From an uncultured virus (IMG/VR IMGVR_UViG_3300042564_002756) (lineage: Duplodnaviria; Heunggongvirae; Uroviricota; Caudoviricetes): a DNA stretch of 64,000 bases. The DNA lies in the IMG/VR virus record IMGVR_UViG_3300042564_002756, positions 62,001 to 126,000 of that record. The stretch is one strand, 5' to 3'. Made by a program: the position numbers and the translations under genes. The notes beneath the pieces are model-generated. The model made no database searches and was not told the DNA's origin. It saw only the letters and a list, made by a program, of their open reading frames with translations. This document shows, one piece after another, positions 11,677 through 22,094 of this stretch; positions within the stretch are counted from its first letter, which is position 1; each line of letters opens with the position of its first letter.

Positions 11677-11923
11677 CGGATAATTAGTTCTTTCTTTGCA
11701 AAAACCATTTCTGGATCCAACCCAACAAGATCAATACCACAAAGATCGAACTTCTTGTAACTCAAGCATTCTTTATAATCTAGAATTTCACCAAGAAGTT
11801 CCTTGATCTTTGCGATGTATTTCTCTGGTGCTGTGCTGTTTATTCTTGAAACATTTTCATAGAGACCAATTTCATCATATCTAATACCACTTTTTAATTT
11901 TGGAAATGTCGGTAATTTTTCCA

Positions 11924-13270
11924 TTATTTTAAACCTTTTGCCATGTCTTTAGTTTCAAGTGCCCGTTCCAGTGTATCGGTTTCGGTTTTATCATCACGGA
12001 CCTCAATGAACCGAGGATGTGAAAGTGCATAGTGCTCATTTGCACGACCACGAGTCAAGTCATTGCACCGAACAGTGACAATTTTACCGATCATTTCTGC
12101 TCGACGAGAATTGAAGTCCTGAAGTAGATCATCAGTAAAACCAGATGTCCGACCTTTAATCTTACCATCATCAGTTTCAAAGAGTATTGCACCAAACGTT
12201 TCTGCACGTGCAGTTCCAGGTGTTCCTTCTTGGAACCCAGTAATCCGAACCTCAAGATCAATTTCGAGCTTCAGCTTCAACTGATGTTTACTAGTCCCAT
12301 TCTTGAAAATACCATCTTTATCCTTCAAAACACCACCTTCAAGATCTTGATCCATCCACATTGAAGTCACTTCAAGTGCTTCATCAATGGTTTTGACCTC
12401 GTGATACGCAATCACGTGAATATTAGACGAATTCATTTCCGAAACAAGATTTTCAAGTTGTCGCAGTCGGTCTTTGTATTTGGTCTTGTTTGGCACTTTA
12501 TTATGTGCATTTGCATATTCTTCTGGTGTAATATAATCCCAAACATGAAAATCAATAATATCGTGTGGCGGTGTATCAGAATTGATCAAGCCGTTTGATT
12601 CTGCACGATTTGGTGACCCACGGACAAGCAACTCACCCACGTAGTAACCGTCTGGCGATTGAGCCAGGTACGATTCTAGCACAGGATATGTATATGATTC
12701 GCCAGATCGAGAAACAAATTCAACTTTGCCACCGGAGACAGATGCCTCACGATAAGTACCATCAGCTTTCAACTGAATATATGCAGGGAACTTGATGTCT
12801 TTTGCGGTTTTTGGACCAAAAATGCCGCAGCGCATATAGACGGGTTTCATAATCAGATCAGGGAACACTTTATTGATCTGAGTCCGACCCATGTTTGTAC
12901 GAAGGTCTCGGTTTAAAATTCGTGTCGCAACAATTGTATCTTCCGGAGAAAGTCCGATCAGACATTCATGCATCTTGGCAATAGCTTCATTGCCAGTAAC
13001 ATTACGAGTCGAAAGTTTATTTGCCATGAACTCGAGGACTTCATCAAGTGTGTGAGTTACAGTTTTTGTTTCCGCAAAAACTTCATCATGCATATCACCA
13101 GATAGCCAATGTTTAATAGAAAGACCATATGTAAACTTGACTCGATCATGTGTCATTTGGAGAACACGTTGTAATTGTGTATGATCGGTATACTTTTTGA
13201 GAACGGCTAGCTTGTAATTACTACCATTCTCGATGTTTAATTCATTGATAATTTCAAATACTGATTTCAT
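11924..13270 (-). CDS. gp30: ATP-dependent DNA ligase (T4 gp30-like); start revised to MKSVFEII
   Basis: Motif I QLKADG; YVGEL, FHVWD, EGGVLKD, KLKLE; C-terminal OB domain ending LSHPRFIEVRDDK. Confidence 0.93.
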   Translation of the reverse strand: MKSVFEIINELNIENGSNYKLAVLKKYTDHTQLQRVLQMTHDRVKFTYGLSIKHWLSGDMHDEVFAETKTVTHTLDEVLEFMANKLSTRNVTGNEAIAKMHECLIGLSPEDTIVATRILNRDLRTNMGRTQINKVFPDLIMKPVYMRCGIFGPKTAKDIKFPAYIQLKADGTYREASVSGGKVEFVSRSGESYTYPVLESYLAQSPDGYYVGELLVRGSPNRAESNGLINSDTPPHDIIDFHVWDYITPEEYANAHNKVPNKTKYKDRLRQLENLVSEMNSSNIHVIAYHEVKTIDEALEVTSMWMDQDLEGGVLKDKDGIFKNGTSKHQLKLKLEIDLEVRITGFQEGTPGTARAETFGAILFETDDGKIKGRTSGFTDDLLQDFNSRRAEMIGKIVTVRCNDLTRGRANEHYALSHPRFIEVRDDKTETDTLERALETKDMAKGLK

Positions 13271-15873
13271 TCTTTTTCCTTCCATTCAATCATAATATAT
13301 GCTTCGTCACCTTGGTCGTAGGCACCATATTCATGCCGGAATGCAACTTGAACAAGTTCGCAACCTTCAGGAATCCATTTATTGAAGAAACTCATATCAG
13401 AAAAAGCATCACAGTCCAACTCGTGCATTTGAACATTTACATAACCTTCAAAAGGCTTTTTCTTTTTCATTCCACGTTCCCCACAAGTTTATAGCCACGA
13501 TCTTCTTCCCAGATGAGCATTTGTGCGTCAATCCAGATTTCTGCCGATATAGCAGACGCAAAAGGTACCGAGTCGATAATCTCCTCGGTACGCATGTCTT
13601 TTACGAGAACAGTCATCATAGCAGGTTCCTTTATTCACCTTATAGAATCAGTATATACTATTTGTAAGCAAATGTCAACTCAGAAGTTGTGTTCTTCCTT
13701 ATATTTTTGAAGCCATTTCAGTCTTCATTCTTCATCACCATCATCAGTGTCGTCATCAATATCATCATCAGTTTCATCATAGATCGTATCTACTTCGTGA
13801 CCAAGAAGTTCTTCCAGAACATACCGATAAGCATCTTCTGTATTCATAAATAGGCGATCTTCGACTTCCTTGCCGTCAATATAAAGGATAGTTCCATACT
13901 CGGAGCAGCAACCAGGTTCACCACAAGTCCAGTAATAATCTTTTGTTACAATTTTCATTAGAATGCTACCTCATCTTCATATGTTTCTTTGACTCGTTTC
14001 TTTTTCTTGGCAAGAATATAGTTTGTCTCTTCACCTGATTTATATCGTTCTCTGGCATCTTCAATTACAGAATTATAACCAAAACCAACTGGATCACCGG
14101 CCCAAGTCAATTTTGTTTTACTTTCTGTCACTGGTTTCCAACCATTGGTTTTCTCTCCGCGGCCGTTATATGCTTGAAGAATACTTGAATTTTCATCAAA
14201 GTGTAGATACCAAGCACCATTCTCTACCCAACCAGTCCAGATACCATTCTTGTATGTGACATCAGAACAGTATAACCAATGGTTTTCATCAAATAGAAAT
14301 ACTTTACTAGCCACGATAATCACCTACACCGAGATCACTTTTTAGACCCTGTCCTCCTGGCATAAATCCCACAGAGGACCTGGTATTAGATTTTACTTTC
14401 AGACTAACATCAATCGTAATTTCATTCCCAAGTTGATAGATTTTATCACCATTCTCTGGTTTATATTCACCACTTTTGTAGACCTCAAGCGGATCATCAA
14501 TTAATCCTATAGCGCTTTCACCAGTTTCAAACTTTTTTATGAATACATATTTCATAACCAATCTCTCCCAATCTTTTTCTCTGGAACATTTGCAACAGCA
14601 ATAGAAATTTCTTCGATATAGAATTCGGATTTTAATCCATTTTCTTCATCATCATCGTGATACCATTCAGACCAATAATCATAAACAAGACGAAATGATT
14701 TACCATCTTCAAATACAAAATCATGTGTTTCATTACCACCGCAGTCGTAGTCCCAATGTCTGATGTGAGCATAAAAGTAATTTATAATTGAATTTTGATA
14801 TACATCACCGTGATCATCATAATTTTTGTCTGTATATTCAATCCAAGCTTTAGGTATATTACCAATACCAGCTCTATAGACAGTGTTTTTGGTGGTTGTA
14901 AATTTCATTCTTTGTATAACTCATCTGGTTTTAAAAAGTCGACTTGGCACGTTGTCGTGAATTTATTATCGGGAAATGCAGATTGCTTCAACTCTATTAG
15001 AGTATCTTGATCCGAATATGACGCATTTATATCACTCGCAATAAGTTGAGTTAGATCAAGACATTCTCCGAGTGTCTGGCCTTCGTATCCCATTGAAAAT
15101 ACTACGGTACCTGCATACCATAATGTAGCCCAATAAGTCATATTGTAGTGAACCACTTCTTGAGGTATTTTGCCATATCATCCCTGCATTCAAATGTAAA
15201 ACTTTTAGTAAATTCAGATGCGTCATATACCCATTCAAAGAAACTCATAAAAATAAATGTGATATAAGAAAATACAAGGAATGCAACAACAAATGGTGTT
15301 GCTGGTAATTTAATTAGTATACGAATTATTTTTTTCATTCATCATCATCCTCGTGAACCCATTCTTGGTCCTGATCGGTGAATCCATCTTCTAGCATTGC
15401 AGCAAAGATATCATCATAGATATGATCATCACCTTCGATAAGCATCATGCACCATTTTGCGTATTGTTCAGCCGTTGCCATCTTGTATTCCTTCTTTGTT
15501 AATAAGTTCAATTACTTTCAGTATTGAGTGCCGAGTCATATAACACTCATCCTTGTAGCGTTGTATAATTTCGTCTTTGGTAAGTGGACTGTGTCTGAAA
15601 CCAACTTCTAGCGGATTGTATGTTGGATTTTCTAGACAGTTTGCCCAATATTCAAGATTCACTAGAATATCAATAGTCTTCATCTGGACCAAATACTGTT
15701 AGGATACTTTGTATTTCTTCAAATACTAGTTTATATTGTCTGACTGCTTTTAATAGTTGTTTATCTTGAATATCATCAATGTTTAGATAATCAAGGAACG
15801 TATGTTCAATTCCTTCGTACTCTGCTTTATTCCACAGTTCTTCATTACTGAAACCTTTAACTAGTTGTGCCAT
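13267..15873 (-). other. array of short hypothetical ORFs (13267-13470, 13725-13958, 13958-14323, 14307-14561, 14552-14908, 14905-15156, 15138-15338, 15468-15692, 15670-15873)
   Basis: Tiled minus-strand ORFs. Confidence 0.6.
13638..13678 (-). promoter_or_regulatory. phage early promoter cassette, class 1
   Basis: TTGACA-17-TATACTGATTCTATAAGG. Confidence 0.85.
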
Positions 15874-16466
15874 TAAATCATTCCGATACTTTCAAATAGT
15901 AGCCTATCAATAGGCCACTGCTTTTCACGGTAATTCTTTGCATCAAGAGCAAGATCTTCAATATTGACTGGTGTATAGTTCCGCATTTCTACACATACGG
16001 AAGTATAAGGGCCCATTTTTGGCGAACCCATTGTATGGGTATGACCGTGAACTTGGAACATCGGTGTGTCAATATTCTTGCCACGGAATAGTGAAGATGG
16101 ATGTAATGGCACGTGATGAAAGACTAAACCATGATCAGTAAACATTCTCCAAAATAGTGTCTTCTTAAAAAATCCACCACTCGATAGAAATTGAATATCA
16201 TCGTGATTACCAACGATCAATCGCTTGGAGCCATTAAACTTTGGCCACGCGATTTTAAACTCGTCTTTGCTCCCAAAAAACGTGTCACCAAGTGTGTATA
16301 CAATATCACCAGGCTTCACAACAGAATTCCAACGGTCGATCAAGAACTCATTCATCTGATCTACAGTATCAAATTCACGAGTACGATTACCTTTATAGTC
16401 AATAAAATTCAAAATGTTAGCGTGATTGTAGTGTAAATCCGAAATAACCCAGATATCTTTACTCAT
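15873..16466 (-). CDS. calcineurin-like metallophosphoesterase
   Basis: SDLH, LGD, GNHD, HHVP and HGHTH motifs. Confidence 0.9.
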   Translation of the reverse strand: MSKDIWVISDLHYNHANILNFIDYKGNRTREFDTVDQMNEFLIDRWNSVVKPGDIVYTLGDTFFGSKDEFKIAWPKFNGSKRLIVGNHDDIQFLSSGGFFKKTLFWRMFTDHGLVFHHVPLHPSSLFRGKNIDTPMFQVHGHTHTMGSPKMGPYTSVCVEMRNYTPVNIEDLALDAKNYREKQWPIDRLLFESIGMI

Positions 16467-16517
16467 GATATATTCTTTCTTTGTACTCAGTTTACTATAT
16501 ACAAAATATAGTAAATG

Positions 16518-16784
16518 TCAACCATTTTTTAACTTTTCCCACACTTCTTGCATTATTTTTAGTGAAAGTTGATCTGGGTGCTCGAGAGCATAATCAACAC
16601 CATCACGTATCTCGGGAGTCCAACTTGTATCCCAGAGTTTAAATTCATTCCGAATTGTCCTTCCGATAGTTCCATGATATACTGACAATTTGTCTTTTGG
16701 TGTATTTACAAATTCTTTCTTTATTTCTTTAAGTGTTTCTTTATTCAGAAGTTGCACGACTTCACTTACCATATCATCAAACAT
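16518..16784 (-). CDS. hypothetical protein, 88 aa
   Basis: Follows the helicase directly. Confidence 0.6.
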   Translation of the reverse strand: MFDDMVSEVVQLLNKETLKEIKKEFVNTPKDKLSVYHGTIGRTIRNEFKLWDTSWTPEIRDGVDYALEHPDQLSLKIMQEVWEKLKNG

Positions 16785-16785
16785 C

Positions 16786-17895
16786 TTAGTTCCTCACCAA
16801 TTTAATTTTTTCACTTGCTCTTGTTACCGCAGTATAAAGCCACTTCCACCTATCATCACGGAAACACCACGACTCGTCTTGGATCAAAACATACGGCCAT
16901 TGAGAACCTTGTGCTTTGTGAGTTGTAATTGCATATGCATAATCAAATTGTTGTGAACCCTTTAGGAGTTTCCAATCTGGTTTTGCAACATCATCCATGA
17001 ATAAACTTTTGTGAACCTTTGCCATAATCGGTGGCCGTTCTTCATCTTGTGACTCAAGTCTCATGTGCATAAAACTTGTTTTATATTTAGAAGTAAGAAT
17101 TTGTTGAATGTCAAAAATCCCGCCATTGAAGATACCAAGGTCTTTATCATTCTGTAAACAAATAATCTTGTCTCCGACCACTGGTGTATCTGGATCAAGT
17201 TTCTTCAATTTACGAATTTTTCTATTCATTTCAAAACGAGTAATATTTCTTCCAACCAATAATTGATCTGCTTCTAGAACATCTTTAGAACTTATCTTTT
17301 CAACCACACTACTTTGCTCATAGTCACCATAATCTGGCATGATACCTTGCCGAACTTGAGTTGCTAGATAGATAATTGGATTGTCTTTTGCCTGGCGATG
17401 AATTTCAGTCAACATGAAGTCCGGTGTTCCGGCAGTAAAATATCCAGTGCCTGAAATAGGTGGCAACTGACCTGGATCACCTAGAACAAGAATTGGTTTT
17501 TTAAACCACAAAAGATCCTTGGCAAGATCTTCATCAACCATGGAACATTCGTCAATAATAATCAGTTTTGCACTATTAATGAACGAACCTTTATTTAAGT
17601 GAAAAGTCACTTCCCCTGTATTCTTATCTTGTTCTGCAAGGTAGATCATGCTGTGGATTGTTCGAGCTTCCTCACACCCATTTTTGCGCATGACCAGTGA
17701 TGCTTTACCTGTAAATGCCCCGAAAAATACGTCACCATCAATACCTTCCGCAAAATGTTTGGCCAGAGTAGTCTTACCTACACCAGCAAACCCGCCAAGA
17801 TAAAAGAATGGTTTGTCGGGTCTTCTGCTAGTGTAATACTCTTGCACCCATTTATCTACGGCCTTTAAAGCCTCATTTTGTTGTGATGTCCACAT
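16786..17895 (-). CDS. dda: SF1B Dda/RecD-like DNA helicase; start revised to MWTSQQ
   Basis: Walker A GFAGVGKT; IIDECSM, GDPGQLPP, LTEIHRQ, YAITTHKAQGS, LYTAVTRA. Confidence 0.85.
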   Translation of the reverse strand: MWTSQQNEALKAVDKWVQEYYTSRRPDKPFFYLGGFAGVGKTTLAKHFAEGIDGDVFFGAFTGKASLVMRKNGCEEARTIHSMIYLAEQDKNTGEVTFHLNKGSFINSAKLIIIDECSMVDEDLAKDLLWFKKPILVLGDPGQLPPISGTGYFTAGTPDFMLTEIHRQAKDNPIIYLATQVRQGIMPDYGDYEQSSVVEKISSKDVLEADQLLVGRNITRFEMNRKIRKLKKLDPDTPVVGDKIICLQNDKDLGIFNGGIFDIQQILTSKYKTSFMHMRLESQDEERPPIMAKVHKSLFMDDVAKPDWKLLKGSQQFDYAYAITTHKAQGSQWPYVLIQDESWCFRDDRWKWLYTAVTRASEKIKLVRN

Positions 17896-17953
17896 AAAAT
17901 ATCCTTTATAGTATAATGGTACCAATTTAACATATATATTTGATTAGTCAACT

Positions 17954-17978
17954 AAAAAAGCGACCGAAGTCGCTTTTT
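17954..17978 (-). terminator. intrinsic terminator with UUCG loop, potentially bidirectional
   Basis: AGCGAC-TTCG-GTCGCT flanked by A/T runs. Confidence 0.8.
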
Positions 17979-17979
17979 C

Positions 17980-18234
17980 TTATTTTGTCTTTTCAAGAAC
18001 TTTTTTCATGAACCTGTGCTCTTTAATCTTAGGGTATAGAGCGATTCCAATTTGTCTTGTATTTTCGAGCATTTTCTCTGTAACAACTGGCCGTGTCAAT
18101 TCAAATAATGCTTGATTTTCAACTTTGATCCGGTTATTTCGTGCATCATTGAGTTTCCAAACATTTGCCATCCATTTAACATACTCTTTATATTCTGGAG
18201 TATGCATTTCATCGGCTGTGAAGTACATTTTCAT
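17980..18234 (-). CDS. hypothetical protein, 84 aa
   Basis: Between NAMPT and the terminator. Confidence 0.6.
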   Translation of the reverse strand: MKMYFTADEMHTPEYKEYVKWMANVWKLNDARNNRIKVENQALFELTRPVVTEKMLENTRQIGIALYPKIKEHRFMKKVLEKTK

Positions 18235-18235
18235 G

Positions 18236-19735
18236 TTAATACCTATCTACAATAACGTCTTCGTACTCTGCTGGTTTGAGCTCAGACCGCTCACGAACTT
18301 GCTCGAACGTAGACTTGTTGAACAGCTCGCCGTTCAGGTATACCAGCTTCAAGAGGTTGTCTTCTGGTGTTACCATTTCCTCTGGTAGAGTTCTGTATCC
18401 GCAAGACCCCAAACCACATTGGCGTACCAGAGCAAGACGACCCTCTTTAGACTTTTTGCCGTGATCGCCAACTGGATCCTTGCTGAACCCAACCCAAGGA
18501 CCGTCAGCAATTCGAATTGCACTGGCCTTCATTGCATATTTCAGAGTATCACGATTCCATGCTTGCAACAGTCCGCCTCCCATACCAAATGCGATATTCT
18601 CTAGACTATAACCTGCCGCAATGATATTGTCAACAAGTACTTGCAGAGTATGTTCGTTCAAACCGTCACCTTGAATAACTTTGACAATAGGTGATCCGTC
18701 TGGACGTTTTGCAAGAACTTTGTAGCCCTTGCTATTGACAGTGTAGCCAAAGCATTCTGCGAGGATGTCCATGATTTCAATTGGAACGGTCATCGGATCG
18801 CCAGAGTCAGGGCGGACGACCAAAGTGCCACCACTGTCGATCACCAAGTCTTTGAGTTGATTACCCCAAAGTTCACGAACTGCTTCGTAGATGTTGTAAC
18901 TATCAGACACGCAGGCATAGATGCTTCCCGCAAAGCTGAACTGCGTAACCATATTGCGGTATGCTTCAACCTCGTTAGCACGACCCCAGCTGGTAACGGT
19001 GCTGTGCTCACTAGCAGGAATGGTCCGAGCAACAGGAGGTGCATCCAGACTAGTAATGTCAGCATCGTAGTATGCATATGCACCAAGAATACCTTCGACT
19101 GTATCCGACCCCCAGAAGTTAACCAAGTGACTCATACCACCAAGAACAGCACTTTCAGTTGAGCTTACACCGCGTCCACCAAAGTCGTGCAGAGCAAACT
19201 TGATCACCAAATTCATCAACACGTCAACGGGAATGTCAGAGGTTTTCACCAGAGCCTTTGCAATGATCTTCTTGAACTTACGGCTCTTGGTAGCAACAGT
19301 AGAAGGATACCAAACCCCACGCAACAGTGCCATTTCGATGTAGGAGGTCAGCCAGCCAAATCCACTCGTGGTATTTTTGACCTGCACTTGGACGTTATGA
19401 GTTTCCATAACGGTTCCCTCTGGAACGGCAGTGATTTCGAGTGGCAAAAATCCACCAAACTCGTTGAGCACACGTTCCCAACCTTCACGATTGAAGGGAG
19501 CGCCGTATACTTTGAAGATCAGCTCAGCAAAGTTGATGTCCGCCATAGTAATTGGTGTGGTCATGTAATCCATGATCCAAGCCTGTCCACCAAAGAAGGT
19601 ACTTTTGTCTTCCCCACCACGAGACTCAATATATGAGCTGATGTGAGTTGTGCCTGGCGGGTATTGTTTAAATTGGGATGGTTTGTAACCGTCAGTGCGC
19701 AGAATCGCAGTGAGTAGGTGTAGAATGTTTTTCAT
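18236..19735 (-). CDS. nadV: nicotinamide phosphoribosyltransferase (NAMPT/NadV)
   Basis: TDGYKPSQ, LHDFGGRG, GSDT, IPASEHS, CVSDSY, VRPDSGDP, IQGDG, FGMGGGLLQ, KKSKEGRL. Confidence 0.95.
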   Translation of the reverse strand: MKNILHLLTAILRTDGYKPSQFKQYPPGTTHISSYIESRGGEDKSTFFGGQAWIMDYMTTPITMADINFAELIFKVYGAPFNREGWERVLNEFGGFLPLEITAVPEGTVMETHNVQVQVKNTTSGFGWLTSYIEMALLRGVWYPSTVATKSRKFKKIIAKALVKTSDIPVDVLMNLVIKFALHDFGGRGVSSTESAVLGGMSHLVNFWGSDTVEGILGAYAYYDADITSLDAPPVARTIPASEHSTVTSWGRANEVEAYRNMVTQFSFAGSIYACVSDSYNIYEAVRELWGNQLKDLVIDSGGTLVVRPDSGDPMTVPIEIMDILAECFGYTVNSKGYKVLAKRPDGSPIVKVIQGDGLNEHTLQVLVDNIIAAGYSLENIAFGMGGGLLQAWNRDTLKYAMKASAIRIADGPWVGFSKDPVGDHGKKSKEGRLALVRQCGLGSCGYRTLPEEMVTPEDNLLKLVYLNGELFNKSTFEQVRERSELKPAEYEDVIVDRY

Positions 19736-19784
19736 AATAGAACTCCTCTATTGTTAGTGTTGTTACCAATTCTCTCTGAACTGG
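19736..19784 (-). promoter_or_regulatory. tandem-hairpin 5' leader, copy 1 (NAMPT)
   Basis: CCAGTTC-AGAGA-GAATTGG, 13 nt, AATAGA-GGAGT-TCTATT, then ATG. Confidence 0.75.
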
Positions 19785-19829
19785 ATTTAGTTTAAATATA
19801 TACTACTTTACTTGTTTGTCAACTGATTC

Positions 19830-20123
19830 TTATGCGGCTTGATCTTGGGCATCATGCCATTCTACAGTCCATTTTTGTAATTTTCTGTGGCCTTTTGGCC
19901 AATCATTCATGCCAAGGTATGTGACTTGATCACAGCATGGGCATTTAAAGCATACAGTTGGATTACAATCACATTTTTCATCAAAGTAACCTGGGCGATA
20001 GCGTAGATCATTCCAATCAATTTCAAGTAGTGCTTCGCAGCCTTCATTATCGCCACCCCAACCAGTGCAGCGATGTTGAATGGTCCATTGTTCTTTTGTT
20101 TTGCCTAGTTCAAGAATTTTCAT
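19830..20123 (-). CDS. Cys-rich hypothetical protein, 97 aa
   Basis: CxC/CPCC motifs; RBS present. Confidence 0.6.
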   Translation of the reverse strand: MKILELGKTKEQWTIQHRCTGWGGDNEGCEALLEIDWNDLRYRPGYFDEKCDCNPTVCFKCPCCDQVTYLGMNDWPKGHRKLQKWTVEWHDAQDQAA

Positions 20124-20299
20124 AGCTTCTCCAATACTTCATCTAATTCTTTCAGGAAACTCCAGGCGGGATTATCGCCCGAAGTATGTTTTCATTATCA
20201 ATATATAATGAAACCAAATAACCTAATTCTTGAAGTTCTCGTTTATTGGCAGAGATATTCAAGACATAATCTGATGCTGTTAGTTGTACATCCATTTGT

Positions 20300-21364
20300 T
20301 TATCCAATGTTAATGAAGTTGTCGATGATATGAAAATGATCTTCGAAGAGCTTCTCTTGTTTGACTTGGTTGAATGGAACCCAGAACGCTTTTTCAGCAT
20401 CATCGGAACCTTTGACCTTTGGAAGTTCACCAACACCAAGGTCAATCAAGAATGCCTGTGTGATGGTACGACCACGAGATGAGCGGTTCGGAGCATCAAA
20501 AGTCTTGGACTCTTTGATAGAACCCTTGAGAACGGGAACAGGAACCTTGATTTTTGTTTCCTCTTTCAACTCACGGATAGCCCCATCAAGCATAGTTTCA
20601 TCTTGATTGAGGAACCCGCCAGGCAGCGCCCATAGTCCTTTTCCTGGCATGTCGCCACGTTTCACGAGAAGGATGTGACCTGACTGAATAACAACAGAGT
20701 CAACAGTCATGAAGGTTGGTGGGAACGGCGCAGATTTCCAAGCTTCCTTGTATTTCTTGACCATATCATATTCTTTAGAAAGAGTATCCCATGCACCGCC
20801 AATTTTGGCATTTTGCATGATAGTATTAGCCATCGCATCATATGAAGGTTTTGGCATTGCGGCAGCAATTTTACTTGGGGACCCATTTTCACCGAACAAC
20901 ATCTTCCGAATATCAGTAGCATTGATACCGTTAACATCACCAACTTCGACATGGTCCTTCCAACGAGGAAAGATGTTCAAGTAGTAACTAGTACTGTCCT
21001 TCGAATGACCGATAAGACCAACATCTTTTGCATCAGGGACGGTTTCATCAACAATCTTCTGGATCGCGTTGACCCACTTGTTGTCGTCATATGGAAAGTC
21101 AGAGACTGGAACCACTTTGATGCGAGGTGTCTTGTTTCGACCCTGTGCACCGTCATAAGTGAAGTGCTTTGGTTCATTGAAGCAAGCTTCAATCATAGTC
21201 TTGCGTTCTTGGAATGTAAAGGGATTTCGGATATTTCGTGCGGCAAAAGAGGAACCGACTACGATTACTACTTCTTTTGCTTGTTCTAATGCAGCATCAA
21301 TAACTGCTTTGTGTCCATTGTGAAACGGTTGGAATCTTCCGATAAAAACTAGTGCATCGCGCAT
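20300..21364 (-). CDS. nadM: bifunctional NMN adenylyltransferase / ADP-ribose pyrophosphatase (NadM-Nudix); start revised to MRDALV
   Basis: GRFQPFHNGH, RNPFTFQER, INATDIR; Nudix box GGFLNQDETMLDGAIRELKEET; GSDDAEKAFW. Confidence 0.95.
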   Translation of the reverse strand: MRDALVFIGRFQPFHNGHKAVIDAALEQAKEVVIVVGSSFAARNIRNPFTFQERKTMIEACFNEPKHFTYDGAQGRNKTPRIKVVPVSDFPYDDNKWVNAIQKIVDETVPDAKDVGLIGHSKDSTSYYLNIFPRWKDHVEVGDVNGINATDIRKMLFGENGSPSKIAAAMPKPSYDAMANTIMQNAKIGGAWDTLSKEYDMVKKYKEAWKSAPFPPTFMTVDSVVIQSGHILLVKRGDMPGKGLWALPGGFLNQDETMLDGAIRELKEETKIKVPVPVLKGSIKESKTFDAPNRSSRGRTITQAFLIDLGVGELPKVKGSDDAEKAFWVPFNQVKQEKLFEDHFHIIDNFINIG

Positions 21365-21366
21365 TT

Positions 21367-21410
21367 GCAAAAACTCCTTTTGCTATATTGAGTGATCCTC
21401 TCTGGATCAC
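21367..21410 (-). promoter_or_regulatory. tandem-hairpin 5' leader, copy 2 (NadM-Nudix)
   Basis: GTGATCC-AGAGA-GGATCAC, 8 nt, GCAAAA-GGAGT-TTTTGC, AA, ATG. Confidence 0.8.
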
Positions 21411-21415
21411 ATGTT

Positions 21416-21446
21416 TATTTATAATCTATAGTTGGTATTTTGTCAA
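21416..21446 (-). promoter_or_regulatory. composite promoter: TTGACA-17-TATAAA overlapping a T4-type late promoter TATAAATA
   Basis: TATAAATA at 21423-21416; TTGACA at 21446-21441. Confidence 0.65.
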
Positions 21447-21449
21447 CAA

Positions 21450-22091
21450 TTATTTACGACCAGTTGGGCAATTTCGTTCGGCACCACGTTTCTGGTATGT
21501 TTCAGCAATCGCCAATTCATGATTAATTGAGTTACCTTTCAGTGCATACACATCTTTTGAAACACTGATTTTAACAAATGTACGAATACCAGGTTGAATG
21601 TTTGTATCAACTTTATGCAAGACTCGTTGATCAAGTTTCATGAGGTTCTTATTTGCATAACGGAATTGTTTTGACGGATCAGGTTCACATAATTGGTTCA
21701 TTTCATCTAGTGAATGAACATGATCAGCAGAAAAACTGTGAAGTGAATTGTCACAGAAAAACACTGTGGGATTTTTGTCAGACCAAATGTAGTTTAGATC
21801 ACCCGTCATAAAACCATCGCTGTGCCAACCAGGGCGATTGCCAGGTGTTTCGGGTTTGACATAAAGTGTTTTTGCAGTAATGTAAACATAATCATTGTCC
21901 CATTCATCGGCACGATCAAGTTTTACTTTTTCAACTAATGGCAAGAATTGCATTAGATTTGCGGGGATTACGGTATCAGACATGCCAGGAGTTTTAATTG
22001 GACAATACATCCAAAACATCATTTCAGTAGGATCAAGTTCTACCGGACCTAAATTTTCAGGTTGGGTTCCATAAATCTTATCAGTCGTCAT
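21450..22091 (-). CDS. uncharacterised protein, probable Fe(II)/2-oxoglutarate oxygenase-like double-stranded beta-helix fold
   Basis: RPGWHSDG (HxD), distal VLHKV and RTFVKIS match the HxD...H...R arrangement. Confidence 0.55.
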   Translation of the reverse strand: MTTDKIYGTQPENLGPVELDPTEMMFWMYCPIKTPGMSDTVIPANLMQFLPLVEKVKLDRADEWDNDYVYITAKTLYVKPETPGNRPGWHSDGFMTGDLNYIWSDKNPTVFFCDNSLHSFSADHVHSLDEMNQLCEPDPSKQFRYANKNLMKLDQRVLHKVDTNIQPGIRTFVKISVSKDVYALKGNSINHELAIAETYQKRGAERNCPTGRK

Positions 22092-22094
22092 GAT

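Larger units (their letters stand above)
9257..11924 (-). other. array of short hypothetical ORFs (9257-9571, 9657-9995, 9995-10264, 10308-10580, 10710-10895, 11031-11300, 11354-11623, 11673-11924)
   Basis: Minus-strand ORFs, several directly behind promoter cassettes. Confidence 0.6.
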
